From assembly GCF_000012925.1 (NCBI RefSeq), contig NC_007517.1, positions 1,410,001 through 1,442,000 on the forward strand: a DNA stretch of 32,000 nucleotides, given 5' to 3'. A program made the translations under genes and the position numbers. The notes below the pieces were generated by a model. That model searched no databases. It worked only from the letters and a program-made list of their open reading frames with translations, and had not been told where the DNA came from. This DNA comes from Geobacter metallireducens GS-15 (GTDB lineage Bacteria > Desulfobacterota > Desulfuromonadia > Geobacterales > Geobacteraceae). Shown piece by piece: positions 20,711 to 31,441 of this stretch; position 1 is the stretch's first letter, and the number at the start of each line of letters is the position of its first letter.

Positions 20711-20745
20711 GAGAGGCCTGCGTCATACGTGGGCCTCTTTCTCTA
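20711..20745 (+). terminator. Probable terminator after leuD
   Basis: AGAGGCC / GGCCTCT stem extended by an inner CGT/ACG stem, followed by a T-rich TTTCTCT. Confidence 0.55.
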
Positions 20746-20772
20746 TGAACGGGCGCTAGAGGGGATTTTTTG

Positions 20773-20802
20773 TTGACTCACCCCGGTTCATGAGGGTATG
20801 TA
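20773..20802 (+). promoter_or_regulatory. Candidate promoter for the repeat-protein/mlaED operon
   Basis: TTGACT (20773-20778), an 18-nt spacer, then TATGTA (20797-20802). Confidence 0.35.
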
Positions 20803-20843
20803 AGCAGTCTGTACATTTTTTTGACACGGTGGAATTACCCTCC

Positions 20844-22361
20844 ATGCGTCTTCGCATCCTGTTTATCCTCTGTGTTCTCGCGATGTTCCTGGCTGCGCCC
20901 CTTGAAGCGTCGGCAGGGGATGAGGCGGAGCAGGGAACGATAGTGACCCTCTGGCCGTTCTTCGACTATCGGGAGAGTCCCGGCAACGGCTTCAGTAATC
21001 TTTCGATCCTGGGTCCCCTGATCAAGGTCCAGCAGCAGGGGGGAGAAAGGACAACTGCGGTCCGTCCCTTTGTCTACCGCACCGTCGATGAACGGGAGCA
21101 TAGCGCAACAACGAGCTATCTCTATCCGCTCGCCTCGTCGCGGGAAGCTCCGGAAGTGTCGACCTTTCAGGTGTTGCAGCTCTTACAGGTTAATACGTTC
21201 CGCAAGGATGAGCCGGACAAGGTGAAGAGCGATTCCATGCTCTTTCCGTTCTATATTCGCGGCAAATCGGAAACCTATGGACCGTATACCTCGGTATTTC
21301 CGTTTTACGGAACGCTTTATGAGCGATTCTGGCGGGACGAGATCCACTTCACCCTCTTCCCGCTTTACAGTCGCACGGTCAAGAAGGATACCACGACGCG
21401 AAACTACCTCTATCCGTTTTTCTCGACCACCTCAGGGGTGGGGGAGAACGGCTTCCAATTTTGGCCCCTATACGGCAGCGCCGCCAAGGAAGGGAGCTAC
21501 GAACGTCGCTTCATCCTCTGGCCCTTCTACTTCCATGAGCGGAAGGGGCTCGACACGGACAACCCAACGGAGCGGCTCACCGTTTTCCCTCTTTATTCGG
21601 CTACCGAATCCCCCCGGCTCTCTTCCCGTACCTATCTCTGGCCTTTTATGGGTTGGACCAGCGACCGGGAGGCGAAGCAGGAGGAGCGACGCTACCTTTG
21701 GCCCCTGATCATGACCGCCACGGGCGAAAAGCGAGACGTAAAGCGCTATCTTCCCTTCTATGCCGAGGAACGGAGCAAGGAAACCCTCAAACGGTGGTAT
21801 CTCTGGCCCCTCTATCGGCACGACGAGCTTGCGTCGGACACCTATTGCCGTGATCGCGACCGTATTCTTTTTTTCCTGTATTCGGACTTGCGGGAGCAAT
21901 GGCCCGTTGACCACGCAGAACGGCGACGGACAACATTCTGGCCTCTCTTTGTCTTCACTCGGGGCACTCATGGAGTGAAGCAGTTCAGCTTTCCGGCACT
22001 TATGGAGCCCATTTTGCCTCAGGAAGGGATCGAGCAGAGTTGGGCTCCCCTCTGGCGGGTCTATATCCAGCGATGGAGCGATTCCGGTGATTCCACTGTA
22101 TCGTTTCTCTGGAACCTTTACTGGCACGAGCGGAGGGGAAATGATCTGGCTTATGAATTGTTTCCGTTAGTTTCATACCGCTCGGAAGGCACACGGGCCG
22201 ACGTTTCCGTGCTGAAGGGACTCATTCGGTTACGACAAAATAAAGGGGTGAAGACCCTGAGCCTTTTCTGGCTTCCCTTCGGCATAACCTGGGATGCGAG
22301 TGGAGAGGCTGCGGCTGGACAGGAGAGCACTATGACGAACAGTGCGAGGCTTGAACCGTGA
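20844..22361 (+). CDS. Secreted hypothetical protein composed of ~22 tandem ~19-aa aromatic-Pro-aromatic repeats
   Basis: ATG 20844 gives the signal peptide MRLRILFILCVLAMFLAAPLEASA/GDE. A recurring motif then appears, for example LWPFFDY, YLYPLAS, LFPFYIR, FWPLYGS, YLWPLYR. The stop overlaps the mlaE GTG (GTGA). I recognise no named family. Confidence 0.8.
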   Translation: MRLRILFILCVLAMFLAAPLEASAGDEAEQGTIVTLWPFFDYRESPGNGFSNLSILGPLIKVQQQGGERTTAVRPFVYRTVDEREHSATTSYLYPLASSREAPEVSTFQVLQLLQVNTFRKDEPDKVKSDSMLFPFYIRGKSETYGPYTSVFPFYGTLYERFWRDEIHFTLFPLYSRTVKKDTTTRNYLYPFFSTTSGVGENGFQFWPLYGSAAKEGSYERRFILWPFYFHERKGLDTDNPTERLTVFPLYSATESPRLSSRTYLWPFMGWTSDREAKQEERRYLWPLIMTATGEKRDVKRYLPFYAEERSKETLKRWYLWPLYRHDELASDTYCRDRDRILFFLYSDLREQWPVDHAERRRTTFWPLFVFTRGTHGVKQFSFPALMEPILPQEGIEQSWAPLWRVYIQRWSDSGDSTVSFLWNLYWHERRGNDLAYELFPLVSYRSEGTRADVSVLKGLIRLRQNKGVKTLSLFWLPFGITWDASGEAAAGQESTMTNSARLEP

Positions 22362-23134
22362 CAGGCATGTTCGAGCGCGTAGGGAAACGGGTGATTGCGT
22401 TTAACGAAATCGTGGGAGAGATGGTCATGCTCCTCTGCCAGACCGTCTGGTTTTTTCGTGAGGCGCCGCGCAACATCCTGAGCATCTTTACCCAGATGTC
22501 GATCATCGGTTACGAAACGCTGCCGATGGCTTCAGTCATGGCATTCTTCGTGGGGATGGTCCTGGCGCTCCAGACCGGGGCCGAGCTTCAGAAGTATGGT
22601 ACCCAGAACATCATCGGCGGCATTGTGGGGCTCTCCATGGTTCGGGAACTGGGGCCGGTCATGACGAGCTTTTTGGTGGCCGGGCGGGCCGGATCAGCCA
22701 TGGCGGCCGAGATCGGGGTCATGAAGGTCTATGAGGAAATCGACGCCCTCAAGACCCTCGATATCAACCCCGTGCGCTACCTTGCCATGCCACGGCTTAT
22801 CGCCTGTCTCATCTGTGTTCCGGCGCTGGTCATCTACGCCGATTTCGTGGGGATTCTGGGGGGGGCGCTCCTGAGTCACCTGCATCCGAAGATTTTTATT
22901 TCCTATTCAACCTATTACGACAGCCTCAATACGGCGCTCAAATTGAAGGAGATCGGTGCCGGGCTTCTCAAGGCCACGGTGTTTGGCTGTATCATCGGGG
23001 TGGTGTCGTGTTACACCGGTTTCAAGACTACCGGAGGGGCCCGGGGAATCGCCCAGTCCACCACCAGGGCTGTGGTCCTCTCATTTATGCTGATTCTGGC
23101 GGCTGATTATTTTCTGACGAGGCTTCTGCTCTGA
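22358..23134 (+). CDS. mlaE: MlaE-family ABC transporter permease (phospholipid/lipid trafficking)
   Basis: 258 aa. The conserved MlaE core ELGPVMTSFLVAGRAGSAMAAEIGVMKVYEEIDALKTLDINPVRYLAMPRL matches E. coli MlaE [24 protein letters not shown].... GTG 22358 overlaps the upstream stop. An in-frame ATG at 22367 is an alternative start. Confidence 0.9.
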   Translation: MTGMFERVGKRVIAFNEIVGEMVMLLCQTVWFFREAPRNILSIFTQMSIIGYETLPMASVMAFFVGMVLALQTGAELQKYGTQNIIGGIVGLSMVRELGPVMTSFLVAGRAGSAMAAEIGVMKVYEEIDALKTLDINPVRYLAMPRLIACLICVPALVIYADFVGILGGALLSHLHPKIFISYSTYYDSLNTALKLKEIGAGLLKATVFGCIIGVVSCYTGFKTTGGARGIAQSTTRAVVLSFMLILAADYFLTRLLL

Positions 23135-23224
23135 ACAGTCGATTTCAATCGGGGAATTTCATGGTTTGCGAAAATGGTGTGCAATGCGGCCGCCCAGGCC
23201 GGTGCGGAGGGGGCGCGAGGTATT

Positions 23225-24268
23225 ATGTCTATTGAAAAAAAGGTCGGATTTTTCTTTATAGCCGGACTTGTGCTTCTCGGGGTGATGCTGGAGCTTGGGG
23301 AGAAATGGAATCCCTTTCAAAAGGCCATTCCGTACAAAACCTACCTTTCAAGCACCACAGGTCTCAAGTTGGGCGATCCGGTCCGGCTAGCGGGAGTGGA
23401 GGTCGGCAAGATCACGAAAATTGCCATTGCCGACAGCCGGGTTGAAGTGGCTTTCGAGGTGAAGCCCGGTACTGCCATCAAAGCCGATTCGGTGGCAACC
23501 ATCCGGCTCACCAACCTCCTCGGAGGTCAGTTCCTCGGTCTCTCCTTCGGGTCGCCCGACGCACCGGTGCTACCGCCCGGCAGTGCGGTCAAGAGCCGTG
23601 AGACCGCCAATATCGACGTCATCGTGGATAACGTAGGTGACCTCGCCAAGGACGCAAAAGTCTTGATCAAGGACCTGACCGTCAATCAGAAGGAGGTGTT
23701 TCAGAAGGTCTCCTCCATGCTTGACGAAAACCGGGGGAACCTGCGGGGCGCCATCGAAAACATGAACAGTATCACCACCAAGATGGACCGGGGACAAGGA
23801 TCGCTGGCCCTCCTTCTCAACGACAAATCCCTCTACCGCAACACCAACGAGCTGGCGGCGAGCATGAAGAACGTCACCGCGAAGATCGAGAAGGGGGAGG
23901 GGAGCCTCGGCAAGTTCGTCAACGACGATGCCTTCTACCGTGATGCCAAGGGGGCCGTGGCGAATCTGAACGACGGAGCCAAGGACATCAAGGAGATTGC
24001 CGCCAAGATCAACCGGGGTGAGGGGAGTGTTGGCAAGCTCGTGAACGACGAGAGCCTCTACAATGAGCTCCGGGACGCTTCAAAGAACGTCGGAGAGGTC
24101 GCCAAAAAAATCAACAATGGGCAAGGTACCCTCGGCAAGCTCGTGAATGACGATACCCTGTACCGCGACACCACGGCAGCCATGAAGAAGCTGGACAAGG
24201 CGACCGAGGGGCTGTCCGACACGGGCCCCATTTCAGTCATCGGAAGCATGGTGGGGACGTTGTTCTAG
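23225..24268 (+). CDS. mlaD: MlaD/MCE-domain protein with a repeat-containing C-terminal extension
   Basis: ATG 23225 gives the N-terminal TM anchor MSIEKKVGFFFIAGLVLLGVML. This is followed by the MCE domain (YKTYLSSTTGLKLGDPVRLAGVEVGKITKIAI) and ~200 extra residues. The ORF-track start at 23174 is not supported. Confidence 0.9.
   Translation: MSIEKKVGFFFIAGLVLLGVMLELGEKWNPFQKAIPYKTYLSSTTGLKLGDPVRLAGVEVGKITKIAIADSRVEVAFEVKPGTAIKADSVATIRLTNLLGGQFLGLSFGSPDAPVLPPGSAVKSRETANIDVIVDNVGDLAKDAKVLIKDLTVNQKEVFQKVSSMLDENRGNLRGAIENMNSITTKMDRGQGSLALLLNDKSLYRNTNELAASMKNVTAKIEKGEGSLGKFVNDDAFYRDAKGAVANLNDGAKDIKEIAAKINRGEGSVGKLVNDESLYNELRDASKNVGEVAKKINNGQGTLGKLVNDDTLYRDTTAAMKKLDKATEGLSDTGPISVIGSMVGTLF
23780..24175 (+). 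repeat. Four in-frame tandem repeats (34/41/34-aa spacing) inside mlaD
   Basis: The four copies are KMDRGQGSLALLLNDKSLYRN, KIEKGEGSLGKFVNDDAFYRD, KINRGEGSVGKLVNDESLYNE and KINNGQGTLGKLVNDDTLYRD. Unit starts are at 23780, 23882, 24005 and 24107. Confidence 0.9.
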
Positions 24269-24310
24269 CGCGAAGAACGGATGAAATGTAAAACATGAGG
24301 TACTATTGGG

Positions 24311-24348
24311 GCGCGGGGTCGCATGATGCGGCTTCCGCGCTTCGTTTG
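24311..24348 (+). terminator. Possible weak terminator after mlaD
   Basis: GCGCGG (24311-24316) / CCGCGC (24335-24340) stem with an inner CGCA/TGCG stem, followed by TTCGTTTG. The U tract is poor. Confidence 0.3.
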
Positions 24349-24361
24349 TCAGGAGGGATGA

Positions 24362-25231
24362 ATGGAGGATGTTTTCAGAATTGCCGCCGGGACCGTTACG
24401 ATGCGCCCCTACGTTTTCGCGTTTTTCGCCGCTTATCTGGTGGCAGCCGTTCCCCATCTGGGGTGGCGCAAGATAGCTCTCTTCACGGTTGTGGGATACC
24501 TCACCGCATTTCTTTCCGAGTTTAGTTCCATAACTACCGGCATTCCCTACGGATGGTACTATTACATCGACGTGACCCGCGACCGGGAACTCTGGATAGC
24601 GGGGGTACCCTTTTTCGATTCACTCTCCTATGTCTTTCTCACCTACTGCAGCTATGCCACTGCCATTTTCGTTGTTGCGCCCATCAAAGCGTGGCGCTGG
24701 GATCTGGTGACGCTGGAGACCCGCTCCCTACGCAACTCCTTTGCCGTTCTCTTTCTGGGCTCCCTTTTCCAGGTCTTCCTCGACATCATTATCGATCCAG
24801 TGGCGCTCCAGGGGAGCCGTTGGTTTCTGGGGCAAATCTACGGCTACCGGGAGGTGGGAGCCCATTTCGGAGTCCCCCTTTCCAACTATCTCGGGTGGTG
24901 GCTCGTGAGTTTCATGCTCGTCTTTGCGCTGCAGCGAATCGACGCCTGGGGCGGCAGCAGTCGGAGCGAACGACCGGCAGGGGTGGCGAATCCGCCCTTG
25001 CGCGCCCTTTACGGGCCGATCCTCTATGTCTCGGTCCTTGTTTTCAACCTCAGTGTGACCCTCTGGATTGGCGAGCGCCTCATGGCGCTGACCGGCCTTT
25101 TCATCATCATCCCCGCCATGGCAATATCGACAGTGACTATTATCCGCCGCACTAACCGATACCGTAAGGAGGAACTGGCGGAACATCTGAGGGACTTCCC
25201 CTGGTCTGTCGCATCGGCCCGCAAGGGATAG
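24362..25231 (+). CDS. Polytopic membrane protein resembling the 'carotenoid biosynthesis protein' family (Caroten_synth/DUF422, CruF-like)
   Basis: 289 aa with ~8 hydrophobic segments. Motifs SEFSSITTGIPYGWYYY, IIDPVALQGSRWFLGQIYGY and HFGVPLSNYLGWW match my memory of PF04240 conserved blocks. RBS AGGAGGG. The family call is made from memory, not from a search. Confidence 0.6.
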   Translation: MEDVFRIAAGTVTMRPYVFAFFAAYLVAAVPHLGWRKIALFTVVGYLTAFLSEFSSITTGIPYGWYYYIDVTRDRELWIAGVPFFDSLSYVFLTYCSYATAIFVVAPIKAWRWDLVTLETRSLRNSFAVLFLGSLFQVFLDIIIDPVALQGSRWFLGQIYGYREVGAHFGVPLSNYLGWWLVSFMLVFALQRIDAWGGSSRSERPAGVANPPLRALYGPILYVSVLVFNLSVTLWIGERLMALTGLFIIIPAMAISTVTIIRRTNRYRKEELAEHLRDFPWSVASARKG

Positions 25232-25252
25232 ACGGAGGGACTGTCCCGCCCC

Positions 25253-26011
25253 TTATCCGCGGGAAAGAAACTCTGCGGTTGCCAGAACCCCCTGGGCGAG
25301 CCGTTTGCCGGCGATGCGGGAGTTGCGGGCAAGCCTCAGAAGCTGGGGGATGATCCAGGGCTTTCGGGCGATGGTCGCCAGCACTTTCCGGGGGCGGATT
25401 GCCATGTCATCGTCGGTGAATTCGTCGAGGGAGAAGGAAAGCTCTTCTTCAGCGTCGTCGCTGATGGCGCGAAGGGCCACGATTGGTATCCCGCGCCGGT
25501 GGGCTGCCTCGGCCACTGCGGCCGTTTCCATGTCGAGAATCGGCGAGGATATTCCGTTCGGGAGTGAATGAGCCAGATCGCCCTTCTTGAGAATCCGGGC
25601 GGATGTGATAATTTCACCCCGGGTGACCCCGTTGCATATCCTGTTGAGCTCTTCGGCCAGCTTTTCGGCCAGGTTCCGGTCGATTCCCCTGCGGAGGACA
25701 ATCCCCTCCGTACCGGCAAACCAGCTTGTCATTCCCACCGCCAGGTCTCCCACTTTGAGGCCGGGCAACGCGGCACCACCAAAACCGAAGGAAAGGATGG
25801 CGACCGGCGAGGCTGCAGCCACGAGCGCATCGGTTGCCGCTGTCGCCCTGTCGATCCCCATCCCTGATTCCACGAGAACGATGTCATCATTGCCGACCCG
25901 CAACCGCCAAATGGGGAATCTCCCGCCGTGCAAGCGTGCCGCAGGGCTTGCCAGTCGGAGGAAAGGCCGTATCTCGTCGGGCATTGCCGCAATAAGTCCG
26001 ATAGTACCCAT
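25253..26011 (-). CDS. PNP_UDP_1-family nucleosidase (MTA/SAH-nucleosidase-like; MtnN, MqnB or HpnG type not resolvable)
   Basis: ATG 26011 gives MGTIGLIAAMPDEIRPF (compare MtnN MKIGIIGAMEEEV). MtnN catalytic positions are conserved: acidic DE near residue 12, LDMETAAV, and RAISDDA. There is a ~55-aa basic C-terminal extension. The ORF-track TTG at 26047 is less likely. Confidence 0.75.
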   Translation of the reverse strand: MGTIGLIAAMPDEIRPFLRLASPAARLHGGRFPIWRLRVGNDDIVLVESGMGIDRATAATDALVAAASPVAILSFGFGGAALPGLKVGDLAVGMTSWFAGTEGIVLRRGIDRNLAEKLAEELNRICNGVTRGEIITSARILKKGDLAHSLPNGISSPILDMETAAVAEAAHRRGIPIVALRAISDDAEEELSFSLDEFTDDDMAIRPRKVLATIARKPWIIPQLLRLARNSRIAGKRLAQGVLATAEFLSRG

Positions 26012-26257
26012 GGGCGGCACTGTACCAAAGGGAACCCCGTGCGGCAACGCATTTCATCCCTTGACACGCTACGGCCTTTGAGGTAGCGTTATCCGTCCCA
26101 CCTGCCGAAGGGACACAATCCTAGCAGCAGCAAATCTTTTGCCCCCATCAGGACTATTGTCGGTTGTCTTATTCAGCGCTCAGTGCCGGGCATCATCGAT
26201 GCGTGGCGTTTATGCGTGCCGTCGTGTTTTGTGTGGGGTGGAGCCGGAACTATTGTT

Positions 26258-28722
<2,465 letters not shown>

Positions 28723-28749
28723 TTCATCTGTCTAGGTACCGAGGTTCCC

Positions 28750-29568
28750 ATGACCCGAGAAATCGCCATTGGCAACGTGAAGATGGGGGGCAGCCGTCCC
28801 CTGGTGCTCATCGCCGGTCCCTGCGTTATTGAAAACGAGACGGCGACGCTCCGCTGCGCTGAACGCCTTATGACCATCGTGAACGGGTTGTCGATCCCGC
28901 TCATTTTCAAGGCTTCCTATGACAAGGCGAACCGCACCTCGGTCACCGCCTTTCGGGGACCGGGGCTTAAAGAGGGGCTGCGCATCCTCGCCAAGGTCAA
29001 GGAGTCTCTGGGCCTTCCGGTTATCTCCGACATCCACTCCATCGAGCAGGTGCAGCCTGCGGCAGAGGTTCTCGACATTCTTCAGATTCCGGCGTTTCTC
29101 TGCCGCCAGACCGATCTCCTGGTGGAAGCAGCCCGTACGGGATGCGTGGTGAACGTGAAGAAGGGGCAGTTTCTTGCCCCGTGGGACATGGAGAATGTGG
29201 TCGGCAAGATCGTTGCCAGTGGGAACGAGCGGATCATCCTCACGGAGCGCGGTGCCTCCTTCGGCTACAACAACCTGGTGTCCGACATGCGGAGCCTCCC
29301 CATCATGCGGCGGTTCGGTTTTCCGGTGGTTTTCGACGCAACCCACAGCGTCCAGCTCCCGGGGGGGCAGGGTGGTTCGTCCGGCGGACAGCGAGAGTTC
29401 GTGGAGTATCTTTCCCGTGCCGCGGTGGCAACGGGCATTGACGGGGTATTTCTGGAGGTTCACGAGGAGCCGGACAAGGCCCTTTGCGACGGCCCCAATT
29501 CGGTCCCCCTTGACGACCTTCCCGTTCTGCTGAAAAAACTCAAGGCCATAGACGCCATAGTAAAATAG
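28750..29568 (+). CDS. kdsA: 3-deoxy-8-phosphooctulonate (Kdo8P) synthase
   Basis: 272 aa. Contains [24 protein letters not shown] and [11 protein letters not shown] motifs. Confidence 0.97.
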   Translation: MTREIAIGNVKMGGSRPLVLIAGPCVIENETATLRCAERLMTIVNGLSIPLIFKASYDKANRTSVTAFRGPGLKEGLRILAKVKESLGLPVISDIHSIEQVQPAAEVLDILQIPAFLCRQTDLLVEAARTGCVVNVKKGQFLAPWDMENVVGKIVASGNERIILTERGASFGYNNLVSDMRSLPIMRRFGFPVVFDATHSVQLPGGQGGSSGGQREFVEYLSRAAVATGIDGVFLEVHEEPDKALCDGPNSVPLDDLPVLLKKLKAIDAIVK

Positions 29569-29646
29569 GAGTCTGGAGCGGGCGCCCTGGAGCAGGTAGA
29601 TGCATTTACCGGTTTCTGGTCCTCGGTCCTCGATCACGGATTTCAG

Positions 29647-30612
29647 ATGATTATCGAAGAAGCACGCAAAGTCATCCGCATTGAAGCGGACGCCCTCATG
29701 GCTCTTGCGGATTCCATCAATGGCGAATTTGAGCAGGCCGTTCGCCGCATCCTTTCAACCAAGGGGAGGGTGGTGGTGACCGGTATGGGGAAATCGGGCC
29801 TTATCGGCCAGAAGATTGCCTCCACCATGGCCTCCACCGGCACTCCCGCCTTCTTTCTCCATCCCGCCGAGGGAATCCACGGCGACCTGGGGATGATCAT
29901 GAAGGGTGATGTGGTGATCGCCATCTCCAACAGCGGCGAGACCGACGAGGTGGTGCGAATCCTTCCCATCATCAAGCGGCTCGGTGCTTCCCTGATCTCC
30001 ATGTCCGGTAATCCGAAGTCGTCCCTGGCAAAGGCCGGTGACGTATTTCTCGATATATCGGTCAAGGAGGAGGCATGTCCCCTGGGACTGGCGCCTACCG
30101 CTTCCACGACGGCCACCTTGGCCATGGGTGACGCCCTTGCCGTGGCGCTTCTGCTCGAGCGTGGATTCCGTCCCGAGGATTTCGCACTGTTTCATCCCGG
30201 GGGCTCCCTCGGCAAGAAGCTCCTTCTCACGGTGGGGGATCTGATGCACGCGGGCGATGCCGTGCCGATCGTTACGTCCGATACACCCATGCGGGATGCG
30301 CTGTTCGTGATCAGCTCCAAGGGGCTCGGCGTCACCGGGGTAGTAGACGGGAGCGGGGCGCTTCTGGGGGTAATTACCGACGGCGACCTCCGCCGGGCGC
30401 TCAGCAAGGGGCTCGCGGTTTTGGAGTTGCCGGCCGGCGAGCTCATGAGCCGCAACCCCAAGCGGATCAAGCGTGGTGAACTGGCTGCCAAAGCCCTTCA
30501 GCGGATGGAGCAGTATTCCATTACTTCACTGTTTGTCTTTGAGGGTGACGACGATGCGCAACCGGTTGGAGTCATCCACCTGCATGACCTCCTTAAAGCG
30601 GGGCTGGCCTGA
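29647..30612 (+). CDS. kdsD: Arabinose-5-phosphate isomerase (KpsF/GutQ family: SIS plus tandem CBS)
   Basis: 321 aa. Contains the SIS motif VVVTGMGKSGLIGQKIASTMASTG, SNSGETDE, and two C-terminal CBS-like segments. Confidence 0.94.
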   Translation: MIIEEARKVIRIEADALMALADSINGEFEQAVRRILSTKGRVVVTGMGKSGLIGQKIASTMASTGTPAFFLHPAEGIHGDLGMIMKGDVVIAISNSGETDEVVRILPIIKRLGASLISMSGNPKSSLAKAGDVFLDISVKEEACPLGLAPTASTTATLAMGDALAVALLLERGFRPEDFALFHPGGSLGKKLLLTVGDLMHAGDAVPIVTSDTPMRDALFVISSKGLGVTGVVDGSGALLGVITDGDLRRALSKGLAVLELPAGELMSRNPKRIKRGELAAKALQRMEQYSITSLFVFEGDDDAQPVGVIHLHDLLKAGLA

Positions 30613-31127
30613 TGAAAGAGCGTCTCAGCAAAATACGGCTTCTTCTCCTCGATGTGGACGGCGTCATGACCGACGGTCGGATTATCTTCGATTCCAACGG
30701 AATTGAGAGCAAATTCTTCAACGTCAAGGATGGTCATGGCATCAAAATGGTTCAGAGGGCAGGGATTGAGGTGGGAATCATTTCGGGCCGCGGGTCGGTG
30801 GTCGTGTCTAACCGGGCTGCGGAACTGGGGATTTCTCTTGTCTACCAAAAGTCCCTCGACAAACTAACCCCGTACCGGGAGATTCTGGGAAAAACCGGAT
30901 TCACCGATGATCAGGTTGCCTTCGTGGGAGATGATGTCATCGATATCCCGGTGTTGCGCCGGGTCGGCTTTGCGGCGGCTCCGGCCGATGCCGTGGAGGA
31001 TGTTTTTCCTCATGTCCACTTCACTACCCGCAATCGCGGTGGCTGGGGAGCCGTTCGCGAAGTCTGTGATCTGCTGCTCAGGGGGCAGGGGAAATGGGAT
31101 GAGATAACAGCACGTTATTTTAGTTGA
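30612..31127 (+). CDS. kdsC: 3-deoxy-D-manno-octulosonate 8-phosphate phosphatase (HAD-IIIA)
   Basis: 171 aa. Contains LLLDVDGVMTDGRI and VGDDVIDIPV motifs. The ATG overlaps the kdsD TGA by 1 nt. Confidence 0.93.
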   Translation: MKERLSKIRLLLLDVDGVMTDGRIIFDSNGIESKFFNVKDGHGIKMVQRAGIEVGIISGRGSVVVSNRAAELGISLVYQKSLDKLTPYREILGKTGFTDDQVAFVGDDVIDIPVLRRVGFAAAPADAVEDVFPHVHFTTRNRGGWGAVREVCDLLLRGQGKWDEITARYFS

Positions 31128-31247
31128 TTTTCAGCTTTCTCGCCTAAGGTTCATTCCACCCATCAACTCCCTCCTGCTGGTTACGCACCCAACTCTCGGC
31201 TTACGAAAATTACATCAGCCCATACTCAAGGTTTCTGTAAATTTCTG

Positions 31248-31430
31248 TTAAGGCAGATAGCACTTTTCCCGATAAGCTCTGTATATGCAGAGGATGGCCA
31301 TGTTCAACTCAGGAAGAGAGAGTTGTGGAACGTCTTCGGTCCATTTTCCCCATAACATAACGGTATTTGCCCAGTTTGTGGCGAGAGTAATGCAATCTTT
31401 CAATCTCCGTGCCAAATTTCTCCTTGACAT
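31248..31430 (-). CDS. Small hypothetical ORF (60 aa) in the AT-rich kdsC-lptC spacer
   Basis: ATG preceded by AAGGAG with 7-nt spacing (reverse strand ...TAAAGGAGATTCTAGATG). The product is MSRRNLARRLKDCITLATNWANTVMLWGKWTEDVPQLSLPELNMAILCIYRAYREKCYLP. I recognise no family, and coding status is unproven. Confidence 0.3.
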   Translation of the reverse strand: MSRRNLARRLKDCITLATNWANTVMLWGKWTEDVPQLSLPELNMAILCIYRAYREKCYLP

Positions 31431-31441
31431 CTAGAATCTCC

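Noticed and set aside
24553-25155. 200-aa alternative-frame ORF inside the PF04240-like gene
   Set aside because: It is a Pro/Arg/Gly-rich out-of-frame product of a GC-rich membrane-protein gene. The 24362 frame gives coherent TM segments and family motifs.
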